Sequence record: DRR378314_2472 | Reading direction: 5' to 3' (one strand) | DNA length: 64,000 nucleotides | Shown here: one piece after another, positions 1-10,843 of the stretch | Layout of the letters: every line of letters starts with the position of its first letter | Numbering within the stretch: the first letter of the stretch is position 1 | Notes under the pieces: generated by a model | What the model was told of the DNA's origin: nothing | Seen by the model: only the letters and a program-made list of their open reading frames with translations | Databases searched by the model: none | Position numbers and translations under genes: made by a program

Positions 1-1593
1 GCGCTGGTGCAGGCCGATGCTCGGCTCATCCAGAACATAGAGTACGCCGGTCAGGCCGGAGCCAATCTGGCTGGCGAGGCGGATGCGCTGGCTTTCGCCG
101 CCGGACAGCGTACCGGACGCGCGGCTGAGTGTCAGGTATTCAAGCCCGACATCATTGAGGAAGTCGAGCCGGTCATTGATCTCTTTCAGGATACGGCCGG
201 CAATCTCATTCTGTTGCTTGGTCAGCGTCTTGTGGACAGATGCGAACCATTCATGTGCTTGTTTGATGGAAAAGACCGACGTGTCGGAAATGTCGAGACT
301 GTTGATCTTTACCGCCAGCGCTTCGGGCTTCAGGCGTTTGCCACCACAGGCCGGGCAGGGTGCAGCCGCCTGGAATTTGGCGATCTCGTCGCGCACCCAT
401 TGGCTGTCGGTTTCGCGATAGCGGCGTTCAAGGTTCGGAATGACGCCCTCGAACGTCTTCTTCACCTCATAGCGGCGCATGCCATCATCATAGACGAAGT
501 TGACCTCTTCCTCGCCTGTTCCGAACAGGATCATCTGGTGGATGTCTTCCGACAGCTTGTTCCAGGGCTTCTTGAGGTCAAACCGGTAGTGCGCCGACAG
601 GGCCTGCAGCGTCTGCGTCTGGTAGGGAGAGGTTGATTTTGCCCATGGTGCGATGGCGCCATTCAGCAGGTCAAGATCCTTGTCCGGAACAACTAGGCCG
701 ACATCCACTTTCAGCTGTTCGCCAAGGCCGTCACAGGTCGGGCAGGCCCCAAAGGGATTGTTGAAAGAGAACAGGCGCGGTTCGATTTCCGGGATGGTGA
801 AACCGGACACAGGGCAGGCAAAATTGGCGCTGTAGGTAATGCGTTTCGGCTCGGTCTCGCCCTCTTCCAGATCTGCATATTCACCGATGGCAATACCATT
901 GGCGAGACCGATGGCAGTTTCAAAACTCTCTGCGAGGCGCTGCTCCATGCCTTCGCGCACGACGATACGGTCGACCACAACGTCGATGTCATGCTTGAAT
1001 TTCTTGTCCAATTTGGGTGGGTTTTCAAGTTCGTGGAATTCGCCATCCACTTTTACCCGCTGATAGCCATTCTTCAGGAGTTCAGCGAATTCCTTGCGAT
1101 ACTCCCCTTTCCGGCCACGGACGATGGGCGCGAGCAGGTACAGTCGCGTGCCTTCCGGCAAGTCCATTGTGCGGTCGACCATCTGGCTGACGGTCTGGCT
1201 TTCGATGGGCAGGCCGGTCGCGGGCGAATACGGAACGCCGACGCGCGCCCAGAGCAGGCGCATATAGTCGTAAATCTCTGTCACCGTGCCGACGGTGGAG
1301 CGCGGGTTGCGGCTGGTTGTTTTCTGCTCGATGGAGATGGCGGGCGAAAGGCCTTCAATACTCTCGACGTCGGGCTTCTGCATCAATTCCAGGAACTGGC
1401 GCGCATAGGCCGACAGGCTCTCCACATAGCGGCGCTGGCCCTCGGCATAGATCGTGTCGAACGCCAGCGAGGATTTGCCCGAGCCGGACAGGCCGGTCAT
1501 CACGACAAGCTCGCCGCGCGGGATGTCCACGTCGACATTTTTCAGATTGTGTTCCTTGGCGCCGCGCACGCGGATAAAGGGGGACTCGGCCAT
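1..1593 (-). CDS. uvrA: Excinuclease ABC subunit A (N-terminal part; runs off the window edge)
   Basis: Manual translation from ATG at 1593: [67 protein letters not shown], the canonical UvrA N-terminus with Walker A. Divergent from ssb. Confidence 0.97.
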   Translation of the reverse strand, partial: MAESPFIRVRGAKEHNLKNVDVDIPRGELVVMTGLSGSGKSSLAFDTIYAEGQRRYVESLSAYARQFLELMQKPDVESIEGLSPAISIEQKTTSRNPRSTVGTVTEIYDYMRLLWARVGVPYSPATGLPIESQTVSQMVDRTMDLPEGTRLYLLAPIVRGRKGEYRKEFAELLKNGYQRVKVDGEFHELENPPKLDKKFKHDIDVVVDRIVVREGMEQRLAESFETAIGLANGIAIGEYADLEEGETEPKRITYSANFACPVSGFTIPEIEPRLFSFNNPFGACPTCDGLGEQLKVDVGLVVPDKDLDLLNGAIAPWAKSTSPYQTQTLQALSAHYRFDLKKPWNKLSEDIHQMILFGTGEEEVNFVYDDGMRRYEVKKTFEGVIPNLERRYRETDSQWVRDEIAKFQAAAPCPACGGKRLKPEALAVKINSLDISDTSVFSIKQAHEWFASVHKTLTKQQNEIAGRILKEINDRLDFLNDVGLEYLTLSRASGTLSGGESQRIRLASQIGSGLTGVLYVLDEPSIGLHQR

Positions 1594-1692
1594 TTCAGGA
1601 GCTCTCTGGCTGGGACAGTGTCTGTTTCGAACGCGAAACAGGCTTAATAGTTGCTAGGTCCTATGTGTGCCTTGAGTCCAGCTTGACGACAA

Positions 1693-1707
1693 GAACAAAA
1701 TATGAAC
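1693..1707. promoter_or_regulatory. Alphaproteobacterial LexA (SOS) box
   Basis: GAAC-AAAATAT-GAAC fits GAAC-N7-GAAC exactly and lies in the uvrA/ssb divergent intergenic region. Confidence 0.88.
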
Positions 1708-1836
1708 ATACAGCGGTCGCTGCATTTTCATGCCAAAGGCGGGGGAAATCTCACCGTCACGGGCGACAGGCCGCCTTGGGAAGAGTAAAAGCAGATTCGA
1801 ATCGAAAGCGAAACAGATCGGAGCGGAGTTGGAACC

Positions 1837-2319
1837 ATGGCAGGATCAGTGAACAAGGTCATTCTTGTCGGCAATGTCGGACAGGACCCGGAGGTCCGCC
1901 AGTTCCAGAATGGCGGCCAGGTCGCCAGTTTTTCGTTGGCCACATCTGAAACCTGGAAAGATCGCAATACGGGCGAGCGCAAGGAAAAGACCGAGTGGCA
2001 CCGCATTTCTGTCTTTAGCGAAGGCCTTGTTCGCGTTGTGCAGAATTACATCAAGAAGGGCTCGAAACTCTATATTGAAGGCCAGCTCGAGACCCGCAAA
2101 TGGCAGGACAAGGATGGCCAGGACCGCTACACGACGGAAGTCGTGCTGCGCGGCTTCAACTCTACCCTGACCATGCTGGATGGCCGCAATGACAGCGGCG
2201 GCGGCCGGTCTGCCGGCAATGATTTCGGCGGCTATCAAGGCCAGAGCGGCGGCGCGCGCCAGATGAGCGGCCCGCAGGAGAGCTTCAGCCAGGATCTGGA
2301 CGACGAGATCCCGTTCTAG
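1837..2319 (+). CDS. ssb: Single-stranded DNA-binding protein
   Basis: [19 protein letters not shown] start, Gly-rich linker, DDEIPF acidic tip. Confidence 0.98.
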   Translation: MAGSVNKVILVGNVGQDPEVRQFQNGGQVASFSLATSETWKDRNTGERKEKTEWHRISVFSEGLVRVVQNYIKKGSKLYIEGQLETRKWQDKDGQDRYTTEVVLRGFNSTLTMLDGRNDSGGGRSAGNDFGGYQGQSGGARQMSGPQESFSQDLDDEIPF

Positions 2320-2320
2320 A

Positions 2321-3175
2321 ATGGCGAAGGCAGGCTGGCATCCTGCGTATTTGCTGCTGGCGGCTTTTGCCGTCGTGTTGAGCGCTTGCCAGTCTCCTGT
2401 CGTTTCGGCGACGGGCAATCTGGATCACATTCTCGAAAACCAGGCGCTGTCGCCCGATGTCGCGGCGCTGGTGATCTATCGGCTGGAAGACGAGAGGGTT
2501 TGGACCAGCAGCGGCGACCGGCCCGCTGAGCGGTTCGTCGCGGCATCGACATCCAAGATTCCGCACACGCTGATTGCGCTGGAGACCGGCGCTGTCAGTG
2601 GGCCTGATGAATTGTTTGAGTGGGATGGCGAAGTCCGGTTTGTGCCGGGCTGGAATGAGAGCCAGGATTTCGCGACAGCCTTTCGGCGTTCCACAGTGTG
2701 GATTTACCAGACGATCACGCCGCGTATAGGCAGCGCGACACTGGGCGACTGGCTCGCCAAATTTGATTTTGGCAATGCAAATACCGGCGACGCCGACGAT
2801 ATCCAAACCTATTGGCTGAAAGGCCCTCTGGAGATTTCGGCGCACGAACAGATCGGATTTCTGGCAAAGCTGGCCGCGCGAACCCTGCCACTATCTGCAG
2901 AGACTTATACTCAGGCTTTGCCGATCATGTTGGAGAAATCCGGTGAAGGCTGGAGGCTGTATGGCAAAACCGGCTGGAAGAGTGTGAAGGGTGAGACGGA
3001 TATTGGCTGGTATGTCGGTTGGCTGGAGCAGACAGCCGGTGAGGCGCCGGGAACTTATGCCTTTGCGCTGAACATGAATATGCGCGGCGACAATCCGCCC
3101 CTGCAGAAGCGCCGCGCAGCCGTGCATGAAGCGCTGATTGCGATCGGGGCGCTGGAAGCCCCTGCTGACCCCTAG
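2321..3175 (+). CDS. Class D (OXA-like) serine beta-lactamase / penicillin-binding family lipoprotein
   Basis: Motifs ASTSKI (SxxK), STV (SxV), FGN, YWLKGPLEIS, YGKTG and IGWYVGW; lipobox LSAC. Confidence 0.88.
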   Translation: MAKAGWHPAYLLLAAFAVVLSACQSPVVSATGNLDHILENQALSPDVAALVIYRLEDERVWTSSGDRPAERFVAASTSKIPHTLIALETGAVSGPDELFEWDGEVRFVPGWNESQDFATAFRRSTVWIYQTITPRIGSATLGDWLAKFDFGNANTGDADDIQTYWLKGPLEISAHEQIGFLAKLAARTLPLSAETYTQALPIMLEKSGEGWRLYGKTGWKSVKGETDIGWYVGWLEQTAGEAPGTYAFALNMNMRGDNPPLQKRRAAVHEALIAIGALEAPADP

Positions 3176-3313
3176 GAATAGGGCGTTTTCGCCCGTAATT
3201 ACTGCTATTTTGACCCTGTCGCATTTGTTTCAAGAGCGACGGGATGCTAGAGTCGTTGCTGTATCGGAACAGGTGATTCCCGCCGGTTTCACCCCAGCCA
3301 GGACGAATTCTCC

Positions 3314-6106
3314 ATGAGCGACGAAACGACTCCTCCGGACGAGCCGGAAACGCCCGAAAATGGCGGTGAGGGCAGCGCGCCCCTGCCAGACGGCATCGAG
3401 CCGATTTCTATCGAATCCGAGCTGAAAAGCTCGTATCTCGACTATGCGATGAGCGTCATTGTCAGCCGTGCGCTGCCTGATGTGCGCGACGGCCTGAAGC
3501 CGGTTCACCGCCGTATCCTCTACGCGATGGATGTGGGCGGAAACACGCCGAGCAAGCCCTACAAGAAATCCGCCAACATCGTTGGTGCCGTGATGGGTAA
3601 CTACCACCCGCACGGTGACTCCGCGATCTACGATGCGCTTGTACGTATGGCGCAGCCCTTCTCCATGGGCGTTACGTTGGTTGATGGTCAGGGCAATTTC
3701 GGCTCGATCGACAATGATCCGCCGGCTGCCATGCGTTACACTGAGAGCCGTATGACGAAGGAGGCGACTTACCTGCTCGCCGACATCGACAAGGACACGG
3801 TCGATTTCCAGGACAATTATGACGGGTCCCAGCAGGAACCGGTCGTTCTGCCCGCGCAGTTCCCGAACCTTCTGGTCAACGGCGCCGGCGGCATCGCGGT
3901 TGGTATGGCGACCAATATCCCGCCGCATAATCTGGGCGAAGTGATCGACGCCACGCTCGCCGTGATCGACGACCCGACGCTGGATGAAGATGCGTTGCTG
4001 GAGATCGTGCCGGGACCAGATTTCCCGACCGGTGGCCTGATCATGGGCATGTCTGGCAGCCGTAAGGCGCTGACCACCGGACGCGGCAGCGTCATCATGC
4101 GCGCCAAGACGGATATTGAGGAAGCGAAGAATGGCCGTCAGGCCATCATCGTGACCGAGATCCCGTATCAAGTGAACAAGGCGGCGATGATCACCAAGAT
4201 CGCTGAACTCGTGCGCGAGAAGCGGATCGAGGGTATCGCCGATCTTCGCGACGAATCTGACCGGAACGGTATTCGCGTTGTCGTCGAGCTGAAAAAGGAT
4301 GCCAGCGCGGAAGTCGTGCTGAACCAGCTCTACCGTTTCAGCCAGATGCAGACGAGCTTTGGCGTGAATATGCTGGCGCTGAATGGTGGCCGGCCAGAGC
4401 TGATGAATTTGCGCAAAGTGCTCGATTGCTTTGTCACGTTCCGTCAGGAAGTCGTCGTTCGTCGCACCAAGTTTGAACTGAACAAGGCGCGCGACCGTGC
4501 GCACGTTCTTGTTGGCCTTGCCATGGCTGTGGCGAATATCGACGAAGTGATCCGCATCATCCGCTACTCGCCTGATCCGAATTCTGCCCGGGAAGCCCTG
4601 CTGGAGAAAGCTTGGCCGATCATGGACATGGGGCCGTTGCTTGACTTGATCGCAGACCGCCGGACTCGCAAGGGTGACGGCGATACGATCTTTCTGTCCG
4701 ACGAACAGGCCCGTGCGATCCTGGCGCTGCAACTCTCCCGCCTCACCGGCCTCGGTCGCGATGAAATCGGCAACGAAGCCAAGGGACTGTCCGAAAAGAT
4801 CGAGGACTTCCTGGATATCCTGCGCTCGCGTCAACGCGTGATGGACATCATCAAGGGCGAGCTTTCCGAAGTGAAAGAGAAGTTCGCTGTACCGCGCCGC
4901 TCCGAATTTGCCTTCGGTGGCGTCGACATGGAAGACGAAGACCTGATCGAGGTCGAAGACATGGTCGTGACCGTGACGCATGGCGGCTACGTCAAGCGCA
5001 CCCCGCTCTCGACCTACCGAACCCAGCATCGCGGCGGCAAGGGCCGTTCCGGCATGAACATGAAGGACGAGGATTTCGTCGTGAAAGTGTTCTCTGCCAC
5101 GACACATACCGAGGTTCTGTTCTTCTCGTCGGCTGGCATGGTCTACAAGGAGAAGGTCTGGCGCCTGCCAATGGGCGGGCCGAACTCTCGCGGCAAGGCG
5201 TTGGTGAATATCTTCCCGCTGGCCGCTGATGAGCGCATAGAGAGCGTGATGCCGTTGCCGGAGGATGATGAGTCCCGTAACGAGCTCGACGTCATGTTTG
5301 CGACGCGTTCAGGCACCGTCCGCCGCAACAAGTTGCCGGACTTCGTGCGCGTAAACCGGAACGGAAAAATCGCCATGAAGCTCGATGAGGGCGATGGCAT
5401 TGTGTCGGTGAAGATATGCTCCGAGAAGGATGATATCCTTCTGACCACAGCGCTCGGCCAGTGTATCCGCTTCGCGGTACCGGATGTGCGTGTGTTTGCG
5501 GGCCGTAACTCAACTGGTGTTCGCGGCATTCGCCTGGCGGATGGCGATGAGGTCATCTCGATGGGCATTCTGCGGCACATCGACGTTACGTCTGAAGAGG
5601 CGCGGGCTTATCTCAAGCACGCCGCCGCCATGCGCCGCGCGGCCACAGGTGAGGAAGAAGAAGTCTCTGACGATGATGACGAGGCCGTGGCAGAGGCCGC
5701 GCTGAGTGCCGAGCGTATTGCTGAACTGGGTGCCGCCGAAGAGTTCATCCTGACCATTGCCGATGATGGCATGGGCAAGCGTTCTTCCGCCTATGACTAC
5801 CGCGTCACCGGACGCGGCGGTAAAGGCCTTGTCGCCCAGAATATCTGGGGCCGCGACAAGAAGCAGGGGCCGGTCAAGAAAGTGGCCCAATCCTTCACGG
5901 TGGATGATGGTGATCAGGTCATGCTCGTCACCGATGCCGGCCAGCTGATCCGCACGCCAGTGGACCAGATCCGCATTGCGGGCCGCTCCACAGGTGGTGT
6001 CTGGGTTCTGCGCACGGCTGAGGGTGAACGGGTGGTTTCTGTCGCACGGCTTGTGGAAGACGCTGAAACCGCTATGGATGGTCCCGAAGAAGCAGCGGGA
6101 GAATAG
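3314..6106 (+). CDS. gyrA: DNA gyrase subunit A
   Basis: [40 protein letters not shown] and the GyrA-box QHRGGKG. Confidence 0.98.
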   Translation: MSDETTPPDEPETPENGGEGSAPLPDGIEPISIESELKSSYLDYAMSVIVSRALPDVRDGLKPVHRRILYAMDVGGNTPSKPYKKSANIVGAVMGNYHPHGDSAIYDALVRMAQPFSMGVTLVDGQGNFGSIDNDPPAAMRYTESRMTKEATYLLADIDKDTVDFQDNYDGSQQEPVVLPAQFPNLLVNGAGGIAVGMATNIPPHNLGEVIDATLAVIDDPTLDEDALLEIVPGPDFPTGGLIMGMSGSRKALTTGRGSVIMRAKTDIEEAKNGRQAIIVTEIPYQVNKAAMITKIAELVREKRIEGIADLRDESDRNGIRVVVELKKDASAEVVLNQLYRFSQMQTSFGVNMLALNGGRPELMNLRKVLDCFVTFRQEVVVRRTKFELNKARDRAHVLVGLAMAVANIDEVIRIIRYSPDPNSAREALLEKAWPIMDMGPLLDLIADRRTRKGDGDTIFLSDEQARAILALQLSRLTGLGRDEIGNEAKGLSEKIEDFLDILRSRQRVMDIIKGELSEVKEKFAVPRRSEFAFGGVDMEDEDLIEVEDMVVTVTHGGYVKRTPLSTYRTQHRGGKGRSGMNMKDEDFVVKVFSATTHTEVLFFSSAGMVYKEKVWRLPMGGPNSRGKALVNIFPLAADERIESVMPLPEDDESRNELDVMFATRSGTVRRNKLPDFVRVNRNGKIAMKLDEGDGIVSVKICSEKDDILLTTALGQCIRFAVPDVRVFAGRNSTGVRGIRLADGDEVISMGILRHIDVTSEEARAYLKHAAAMRRAATGEEEEVSDDDDEAVAEAALSAERIAELGAAEEFILTIADDGMGKRSSAYDYRVTGRGGKGLVAQNIWGRDKKQGPVKKVAQSFTVDDGDQVMLVTDAGQLIRTPVDQIRIAGRSTGGVWVLRTAEGERVVSVARLVEDAETAMDGPEEAAGE

Positions 6107-6150
6107 ATCCCGCGCCAGAAACACGAGCCGCTCAAGCGGGAGGACAGCTA

Positions 6151-6648
6151 GTGCATCGCGTCGGACTATACCCAGGAACCTTCGATCCACCCACCAATGG
6201 CCATATCGACATTATCGGTCGGGCCCGGAAACTGGTGGACACGCTGATCATCGGGGTGGCGGTCAATGAGGCGAAGAAGCCGTTGTTCAGCCTGCAGGAA
6301 CGCGTCGATATGGTGCGTTCCGAGTGCGAGAAGCTGAACGGGCCTGGGCTGGCTGAAATCAAGGTCATGCCGATGCATGGCCTGCTCATGAAGTTCGCTG
6401 AGGCCTGTGAAGCGCACATCATTGTGCGGGGCCTGCGAGCGGTTCAGGATTTCGAATACGAATTCCAGATGACGGCGATGAACGAGCAACTGAATCCCGA
6501 CATTGAAACCGTGTTTCTGATGGCCGATGTTAAGCATCAGGCGGTCGCCTCCCGGCTCGTGAAGGAAATCGCGGCCTTGGACGGAGACATCACGCCATTT
6601 GTAACGCCCGACGTAAAACGGGCACTTTTGGAGAAGTACCAAAAATGA
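6151..6648 (+). CDS. coaD: Pantetheine-phosphate adenylyltransferase
   Basis: YPGTFDPPTNGH and RGLRAVQDFEYE; GTG start after GGAGG. Confidence 0.96.
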   Translation: MHRVGLYPGTFDPPTNGHIDIIGRARKLVDTLIIGVAVNEAKKPLFSLQERVDMVRSECEKLNGPGLAEIKVMPMHGLLMKFAEACEAHIIVRGLRAVQDFEYEFQMTAMNEQLNPDIETVFLMADVKHQAVASRLVKEIAALDGDITPFVTPDVKRALLEKYQK

Positions 6649-7547
6649 AGTTTGCCGCTTTTGCGCTCGCCGCTTCCGCCCTCGCCCTGACAGCAACGGC
6701 AGAGACTACAGACAGCGCAGCGCCAGCGGACGACACTGCCGTCGCGGCCTATACGGTGGAGCAGGCGAAGGCAGAGCCTGAGAATTGGCGCGCCGTGGAC
6801 CCGGAGCGCCTGTTCATCTTCAATACGAACAAGGGGCGCATCCTTATCGAGGCTTTTCCGGAAGTTGCGCCAAAGCATTACGAACAGTTCGCGGCAATCG
6901 TCCGCTCTGGTGACTATAACGGCACGAAGTTTCATCGCGTGATCGAGGGGTTCATGGCCCAGGGCGGTGACATCCGCGCGATCAATGGCGTGGGCTCTGG
7001 CCTGCCGAACATTGAGGCTGAGTTCACCTTCCGTCGAAACCCGGCCGAGATGCCGCTCGATTATCCAATCGGAAACCGGGATGATGCCGATGGCGGCTTT
7101 ATCAATGGGTTTCCGGTCGCGACCCGGCCACTCTGGCTTGCGCAGGATCTTGGCAACGAAACCATTCAGAGCTGGATTCCGCATTGCCCCGGCGTTGTGT
7201 CGACCGCGCGCCTTGGAAATGATGAGAATTCCGGCAACTCCCAGTTCTTCCTGATGCGCGGCTATGCGGAACATCTGGATAAGGAATACACGGCCTGGGG
7301 CCGCGTGATCGAGGGGCAGGATGTGGTCATGTCGATCAAGAAAGGTCCGGACGGAACCGACGGCGTGGTTGCGAAAGACCCGGACACGCTGGAATCCACC
7401 GCAGTGGCGGCGGATCTGCCAGAGTCCGAGCGCCCGCAGGCGTGGGTGATGCGCACCGATAGCGACCTGTTCGCCAGCCAGATTACCGAGCCGGGCCGTC
7501 CACATGTTTGTGACCTGCCGGCTGTTCCGACGGTTGTGGCCAATTAG
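6645..7547 (+). CDS. Secreted cyclophilin-type peptidyl-prolyl cis-trans isomerase
   Basis: Signal peptide; FHRVIEGFMAQGGD, NSGNSQFF and LDKEYTAWGRV. Confidence 0.92.
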   Translation: MKFAAFALAASALALTATAETTDSAAPADDTAVAAYTVEQAKAEPENWRAVDPERLFIFNTNKGRILIEAFPEVAPKHYEQFAAIVRSGDYNGTKFHRVIEGFMAQGGDIRAINGVGSGLPNIEAEFTFRRNPAEMPLDYPIGNRDDADGGFINGFPVATRPLWLAQDLGNETIQSWIPHCPGVVSTARLGNDENSGNSQFFLMRGYAEHLDKEYTAWGRVIEGQDVVMSIKKGPDGTDGVVAKDPDTLESTAVAADLPESERPQAWVMRTDSDLFASQITEPGRPHVCDLPAVPTVVAN

Positions 7548-7570
7548 GGCAACTACCGAGGCTGGGGCCG

Positions 7571-8626
7571 ATGGACCTTTCACAATTCCAGTTTGACTTG
7601 CCGGAAGAGCGGATCGCCTTGCGTCCGGTTGAGCCGCAGGATTCTGCGCGCCTTCTGGTCGTGCACGGAGATGGCAGGCTGGAAGATGCCCATATCCGGG
7701 ACCTTCCGCGGTTTTTGTCGCCCGGGGATGTCATGGTGTTCAATGATACGCGGGTTTTGCCTGCCGCGTTGAAGGGCGTTCGTCCGGCAAGGGACGAGAC
7801 GGGGCAGGATGTTGCCTGCGACGTGAATTTGACTGAGCGCATTGACGCCCGCTCATGGCGCGCGCTTGCCCGGCCGGGTCGCCGCTTGAAAGAGGGCGAC
7901 CGAATTGTCTTCGCTGAAGGATTTTCCGCAGAGATTATAGGCCGCCACGAAGGCGGCGAGATCGGGCTGCTCTTTTCGCTCAGCGGCGATGAGCTGACGG
8001 CTGCGCTGGATGCGCACGGGGCGATGCCTCTGCCTCCCTACATCGCGCGCCGTCGACCTGCAGACGCTAAAGACCGGCAAACCTACCAGACGGAGTTTGC
8101 AGGGGATGATGCCGCCTCAGTTGCGGCGCCCACGGCCGGACTGCATTTTACCCCCCGGCTGCTCGAAGAGATCGATGCGGCCGGGATCGCGCGAGAGACG
8201 GTGCGCTTGCATGTGGGGCTTGGTACGTTCAAGCCGTTAGAGGCGGCGCAGTTGGAAGCCAACCGGTTGCACGAGGAGTGGCGACGCCTGACGCCGGAAG
8301 TTGCTGAGCGTCTGAACGCGGCGCGCTCTGGTGGACAGCGCATTGTACCAGTCGGTACGACTGCCATGCGCACACTGGAAAGCTGTGTGAGTGCAGATGG
8401 CATACTGCGCGCCGCCACGGGGCCAACTGACATTTTCCTGAAGCCGGGCGATGCTGTGCGCGCGACCGATGCTCTTGTAACAAACTTCCATTTGCCTGGA
8501 TCGAGCCTGTTCATGTTGGTCTGCGCGCTTATGGGAACTGATGTGATGCAGGCCGCTTACGCCCACGCTATCGAAACCGAATACAGGTTTTACTCCTACG
8601 GTGATGCGTGTTTGTTGCTGCCATAG
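7571..8626 (+). CDS. queA: S-adenosylmethionine:tRNA ribosyltransferase-isomerase
   Basis: FDLPEERIA, VFNDTRV, MPLPPYI, AAPTAGLHFT, TNFHLP and YRFYSYGDA. Confidence 0.97.
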   Translation: MDLSQFQFDLPEERIALRPVEPQDSARLLVVHGDGRLEDAHIRDLPRFLSPGDVMVFNDTRVLPAALKGVRPARDETGQDVACDVNLTERIDARSWRALARPGRRLKEGDRIVFAEGFSAEIIGRHEGGEIGLLFSLSGDELTAALDAHGAMPLPPYIARRRPADAKDRQTYQTEFAGDDAASVAAPTAGLHFTPRLLEEIDAAGIARETVRLHVGLGTFKPLEAAQLEANRLHEEWRRLTPEVAERLNAARSGGQRIVPVGTTAMRTLESCVSADGILRAATGPTDIFLKPGDAVRATDALVTNFHLPGSSLFMLVCALMGTDVMQAAYAHAIETEYRFYSYGDACLLLP

Positions 8627-8651
8627 AAAAGCCCCCATGCTTGAAGCATGG
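8627..8651 (-). terminator. Probable intrinsic terminator between queA and the convergent gene
   Basis: Inverted repeat CCATGCTT-G-AAGCATGG next to an A-run that reads as a U-tract on the minus strand. Confidence 0.55.
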
Positions 8652-8678
8652 AGACCTCACTACTCAAATATTCGAGAA

Positions 8679-9068
8679 TTAGCGAATTCGAACGGTTGCA
8701 CGCACGCCTTTCGGCTCGAACCGTTTTCCATTCTCTCTGTAGCAGAACATGGTGTCGTGGCGGACGCGCTCGCCATCTTCCCACGTATACTGAAATGATT
8801 CGTAGCAATCATATCCGTTGTAATCCGCGTACCAGCGGTGGGTACGCCGTACTTCATGGCGGGTGTGCCAATGGCCGGATTCGTAGCCATTATAGACATA
8901 GGTTTCATGCCGGTGACGAGGATGCGGATCCGCCGTGCGGACGCCCACACCAAGGTCAACATCGGCATCTACACCCAAGCCGAGTTGGGCGTATGCGGGA
9001 GCAGTGGCAAGCGCCGTCGCGAGACCAAACGCCCCAGTAGCGGCGATACATTTGACCGAGTTCGACAT
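8679..9068 (-). CDS. Hypothetical secreted His/Tyr/Arg-rich protein
   Basis: RBS AAGGAG; signal peptide ending AYA; 129 aa; upstream ECF-type promoter. Confidence 0.75.
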   Translation of the reverse strand: MSNSVKCIAATGAFGLATALATAPAYAQLGLGVDADVDLGVGVRTADPHPRHRHETYVYNGYESGHWHTRHEVRRTHRWYADYNGYDCYESFQYTWEDGERVRHDTMFCYRENGKRFEPKGVRATVRIR

Positions 9069-9096
9069 GGATCAACTCCTTTCAGCTAGCCAGCAA

Positions 9097-9121
9097 AACG
9101 GCTCGCTGAAGGCGTGGTTCC
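9097..9121 (-). promoter_or_regulatory. EcfG/sigmaT-type general stress promoter
   Basis: Minus strand reads GGAAC-CACGCCTTCAGCGAGC(16 nt)-CGTT, ending 28 nt upstream of the 9068 start. Confidence 0.7.
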
Positions 9122-9139
9122 TGTTGTCCTGAAATGGCC

Positions 9140-9619
9140 TTATTTCGGTAGTGCGGGCTGTCCGAGTTCATCCCGCGTGCGGATTGCTTTGGCCGCGGTG
9201 ATGCGAGCAAGCAGACGGCCTTTGTCGTCTTTCCAGTCAGCTTCGACGAGGCCGGTTGTTCGACCGCGGCTGACGAGGCGACCTTCAATGGTGATCAGGC
9301 CGTGACTGACTGGACGCAGGATACGGGTCTGCAATTCCATGGTCGTGAACCACTCGCCCTCTTCCAGAGCGCTGGCCATCGTGATCGAGACGATATGGTC
9401 TGAAAACCCGGCAACCCAACCGCCAAAGGCGCGGTTTTCGCTGATGTCGCGGTCGCCGGTGTTTGGCCACTCGTACCGCGTATAGCCATAGTCGAATTCC
9501 TTCAGCCAAAGGTCTGGCCGAATGCCGAGATTCTTGAGGCCGATGGGGGGCTGCCAGGATCCGTCCTGCAGATTGCTGAGAAAGGTGCGGGCTTGGGGTG
9601 AGAGGGTACGTTCGGTCAT
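9140..9619 (-). CDS. PaaI family hotdog-fold thioesterase
   Basis: FGGWVAGFSD, TTMELQTRILRPV and GRLVSRGRT hotdog pattern. Confidence 0.8.
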   Translation of the reverse strand: MTERTLSPQARTFLSNLQDGSWQPPIGLKNLGIRPDLWLKEFDYGYTRYEWPNTGDRDISENRAFGGWVAGFSDHIVSITMASALEEGEWFTTMELQTRILRPVSHGLITIEGRLVSRGRTTGLVEADWKDDKGRLLARITAAKAIRTRDELGQPALPK

Positions 9620-9987
9620 GCGAGCCGAGCTCCATTGGGGACTGTGTGGTCGGGTGAGAAGAGGACAATCCTGTCTTTCTCATCCGGGAAGCCGAGGGTG
9701 AGGACTTCGGACATGAATTTGCCAATCTGGCGAGGCGGGAAGTTCACCACACCAGCGACTTGCTTGCCGACCAGGTCCTCCGGCACGTAGTGGTCCGTGA
9801 TCTGTGCAGATGATTTCCTGGTTCCGACGCCGGGGCCAAAATCGATCAGAAGGCGAATAGAGGGTTTGCGTGCGCCTTCGAGCGGGGCAGCTTCGACGAT
9901 TGTGCCGATACGGATGTCCACCTGTCGGAAAGTGTCAAAGCTGGTCTCTTCGGCGGGGGCCGAGTCCGGGGAATCTGTCAAATGCAT
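9616..9987 (-). CDS. csaA: CsaA / tRNA-binding chaperone protein
   Basis: DIRIGTI, KSSAQIT and VVNFPPRQIGKFMSEVLTLG. Confidence 0.9.
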   Translation of the reverse strand: MHLTDSPDSAPAEETSFDTFRQVDIRIGTIVEAAPLEGARKPSIRLLIDFGPGVGTRKSSAQITDHYVPEDLVGKQVAGVVNFPPRQIGKFMSEVLTLGFPDEKDRIVLFSPDHTVPNGARLA

Positions 9988-9990
9988 GGA

Positions 9991-10758
9991 TCAGGTAACC
10001 GTTGTGCCGCCATCGACAACAATCATCTGCCCGGCCATGTAGGCGCCAGCCTTCGAAGCAAGGAATACGGCTGCGCCGGCAATGTCTTCCGGATCACCTA
10101 TACGGCGCATGGGGGTGCCTTTTTCGATACGCTCGGCCAGTTTCGGATTTTCCCAGAGCGCGCGGGCAAAGTCTGTCTTGATCAGGCCGGGCGCGACGCA
10201 ATTCACGCGGATATTGTGCGGGCCAAGCTCAATCGCGTAGTTGCGGGCGAGCTGGAAATCTGCGGCTTTCGAAATGTTATATGCGCCAATCGTGTCGGAC
10301 CCTTTGAGACCACCGATCGACGAAATAATGACGATGGCGCCGTCGTTCCGTTCCTTCATTTCCGGGGCGACGAGCTGGATCAGCCAATGATTGGAGATGA
10401 TGTTGTTGGAGAGGATTTTCTCGAAGGACTCATCGTCGATCTCCTCGATCTTTCCATAATAAGGGTTCGAGGCTGCGTTGCAGACGAGGATGTCGATCTG
10501 ACCAAAGGAGTCGCGCGTCTTTTCGACGAGTGTCTTGAGCTCATCCTTGGAGGAGATGTTTGCCGGCACTGCAATCGCGGTCCCATCGCCATGCTTCGCG
10601 TTCAGGGCATCGGCGACTTCCTGGCATGGGCCGGGCTTACGAGACGAGATGACGACGCGGGCGCCCTGTTCCGCCATTTGCTCTGCGATGGCCTTGCCGA
10701 TGCCGCGAGAAGATCCGGTGATAACGGCCGTTTTGCCGGAAAGGTCGAACAGGCTCAT
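9991..10758 (-). CDS. SDR family oxidoreductase
   Basis: TGSSRGIG, YNISK (YxxxK) and IRVNCVAPG. Confidence 0.93.
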   Translation of the reverse strand: MSLFDLSGKTAVITGSSRGIGKAIAEQMAEQGARVVISSRKPGPCQEVADALNAKHGDGTAIAVPANISSKDELKTLVEKTRDSFGQIDILVCNAASNPYYGKIEEIDDESFEKILSNNIISNHWLIQLVAPEMKERNDGAIVIISSIGGLKGSDTIGAYNISKAADFQLARNYAIELGPHNIRVNCVAPGLIKTDFARALWENPKLAERIEKGTPMRRIGDPEDIAGAAVFLASKAGAYMAGQMIVVDGGTTVT

Positions 10759-10843
10759 GATGGGGCTCCCTGAATTATGTTTTCGGGGAAATGGTTATCA
10801 TAAGCGACCGTAGCGAACAGGGGTCACGCTAGGAAAAGCCGGA

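Noticed and set aside
7..1647. Plus-strand ORFs of 209 and 218 aa
   Set aside because: Antisense shadows of uvrA, which the ORF track missed because it runs off the window edge.
3230..5107. 625-aa minus-strand ORF
   Set aside because: Antisense shadow of gyrA, typical of GC-rich codon bias; no recognisable motifs.
7571..8626. queA without an adjacent tgt
   Set aside because: Split queA/tgt arrangements are common; tgt is probably elsewhere in the genome.
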